Below the pieces are notes generated by a model. It made no database searches, was not told the DNA's origin, and was given only the letters and a program-made list of their open reading frames with translations. A DNA stretch of 64,000 bases from Takakia lepidozioides. Its lineage: Eukaryota > Plantae > Bryophyta. Positions 62,171 through 64,000 of the stretch are shown here, piece by piece. The first letter of the stretch is position 1, and every line of letters begins with the position of its first letter. The translations under genes were made by a program, and so were the position numbers. The DNA lies in contig CM060731.1 in assembly GCA_030704615.1 (NCBI GenBank), positions 744,001 to 808,000 of the forward strand, read 5' to 3'.

Positions 62171-63182
62171 GAAGACTGGAAACGAACAGGAAACTATGCG
62201 AGAAGACTGAAACAACAGGAAAAACTCTCAGTGGAAGAAGAGACGAGGACGAACACAGGAAGAACAAAAAGCAGTAAATAATATGAGAAAGAGTTCTTTG
62301 CAGTTGGAGGAGCCTTCGCGTACTTACAGGAGCCTTTGTATTCGCAACGCTTGGGAGCTCGGAGGACTCTCTGAATCTACGGAAGGAGGACGGTCTGCTC
62401 GCAGTGGTCGTGGCAGACCGAGGCGGGGTCAGCAGCGGGAAATGGAGATGGAGGGCACTGAAACGAAAATGCACATGGAAAGGGCAGAGAGACACATCGG
62501 AAGACCACACAACTCGCGTGAAGAAGAAGTTCAAACTAACAGCAGACGGGCCATGCAAAATGACGTGGCGCGTCATCATTGGCGCCGGCAGCGCTGTCAT
62601 GCATTTAAGACGGACAACAGACCCATTATCTAGCAGACTGTTCAGCGGACGGAGTGTCCAGCGGACATGCAGAACATTGTGCATCATTGGGCCCGCATGC
62701 GCCGTCCACGCATTTAATAGGTCCGGCAGATCCACTGTCCAGTAGACTGCCAGGTGCCCACTTCCCAACAAACTTCCCAACAGACTGCCGCTGCAACCGG
62801 CTGCCAGGCTGCGTCGACCAGCAGACTTTGACGTGCGAGAAATGATGGCCCAACAGACCCACCTCAAACAGACTTGCCGCACACCAGACTTGGCGAACTG
62901 GTAGCTGAACATACTGATATCCCAAGAGAGGATTGTCATGCTTGCCGCCGCTGTCGGATTTAAGAGGGTCCACCAGACTCCCACGTTCTGATGTGGACGG
63001 CCCAACAGACACAGTACAAACAGACTTGCGGCAGTCGAACAGACAAAAGTGGCAGTCCAACAGACGGCTTGGAGTCCAGCAGTGGCAGTCTAGCAGTCCC
63101 AAGAGAGCCTTTGTCTGCGAAAGATGATTTAATTGGTGTAGCAGACTTGGACGTGGTGCAAAGTCTGGCCGAACAGACCCAC

Positions 63183-63540
63183 TGTCGTGGCCCTTTGCCT
63201 TGAGGGCAGGGGGTCGGGACACAAGAGGGGCTGCCCCTGTGGTGGGGGCAGTGGCAACAATAGGTACGGGGGATGAAGCACCCTTGAGTGCCGAAGGCAC
63301 TCAAGGAGGCGGAGGCGCTCACTAGGTGGAGCCCCGCACACCGGGTTGCGGTGGGGGTGGTTCCACGAGGGGTGGTGGTAGCTTAGTGGGGCTTAGTGGG
63401 GATGGCATAGGACTCACCATGGGGCGGAGACCTTGTGGTGGGAGTCGTGGGTGGGCCAAGACTCACCGCGACTCATCACCGGGAGTCAAGGGTCTTCGTG
63501 GTGGTTCGCCATAAAAGGACGGTGTTGTTTGTGAAACCCC
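63183..63540 (+). mobile_element. 5' part of an LTR of the same family as 17888-18587, in opposite orientation
   Basis: TGTCGTGGCCCTTTGCCTTGAGGGCAGG...TTTGTGAAACCCC is the reverse complement of ~18213-18587, with indels. Confidence 0.92.
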
Positions 63541-64000
63541 CACTAGAAAGAAAACGCGGAATAACCACTTTGTTAACCACTCATTTTGAGTGGTAAAAGA
63601 CACTAAACCACTCTGGCCCCAGAGTGATGAAGAACCAGTGGATTAGGACAAGTGAGTGGTAAAAGACATTACGTGGCATCAGTGGTTAAGGACAGTGGTT
63701 CGAACCACTCACGTCCGGGTCCACCTGTTCGCTGACATGTCACAGTGGTAAATTAACCACTGTGACATGTCACTGAGGTAAACCAACCACTTCTGACGTG
63801 TCACAGTGGTAAACTGACGTGTCATAGTGGTAAAGTAACCACTTCCGTTTTCCAATGGACACGTGGAAGTCGGTGGTCCGTGGATGATATTGGAGATTAT
63901 GTTGACATGTGACGACACTCTCAGCATAGACACGTGTCCTGTGTCGGTGCTACAAAATGGATGGAGTGAAAAATTCAATGACTTCCGAAACCACTTGTTG
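63541..64000 (+). mobile_element. Start of a CACTA transposon inserted in the LTR; continues past the window
   Basis: CACTAGAAAGAAAA terminus followed by many AACCAC/GTGGT(T/A) subterminal repeats in both orientations. Confidence 0.8.

Noticed and set aside
62100-63322. Long overlapping ORFs (301 aa, 224 aa)
   Set aside because: Low-complexity CAGAC-rich sequence plus LTR read-through; no support for the listed frames.

Overview
Eukaryotic nuclear DNA from a land plant. Spliceosomal GT-AG introns, abundant PLS-class PPR/DYW RNA-editing sequences and the repeat types suggest a bryophyte or other seed-free plant (inference). A central gene island (~20.6-47.6 kb) holds a divergent MTHFR with a damaged 3' end, a trihelix transcription factor, COX19, an HSP20 pseudogene, a spermidine-synthase-like SAM methyltransferase, a 697-aa PLS-PPR gene whose E2/DYW tail has decayed, an RTE/RTEX-like LINE and an intact WS/DGAT gene. 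The left flank is a mosaic: degenerate PPR arrays mixed with orphan exons of ALWAYS EARLY, MCCB and OSB, then nested Gypsy, CACTA and Helitron fragments. The right flank is a MULE/SWIM transposase split by LINE, LTR, PPR+OSB and CACTA insertions. It is followed by a convergent multi-exon ULP1-like protease gene broken by an ~830-bp inversion, an LTR fragment and the start of a CACTA element. The most unusual signal is that OSB (organellar ssDNA-binding, PDF-motif) gene pieces are embedded in PPR arrays at two loci 50 kb apart. All calls come from manual translation and motif recognition; no database searches were run.
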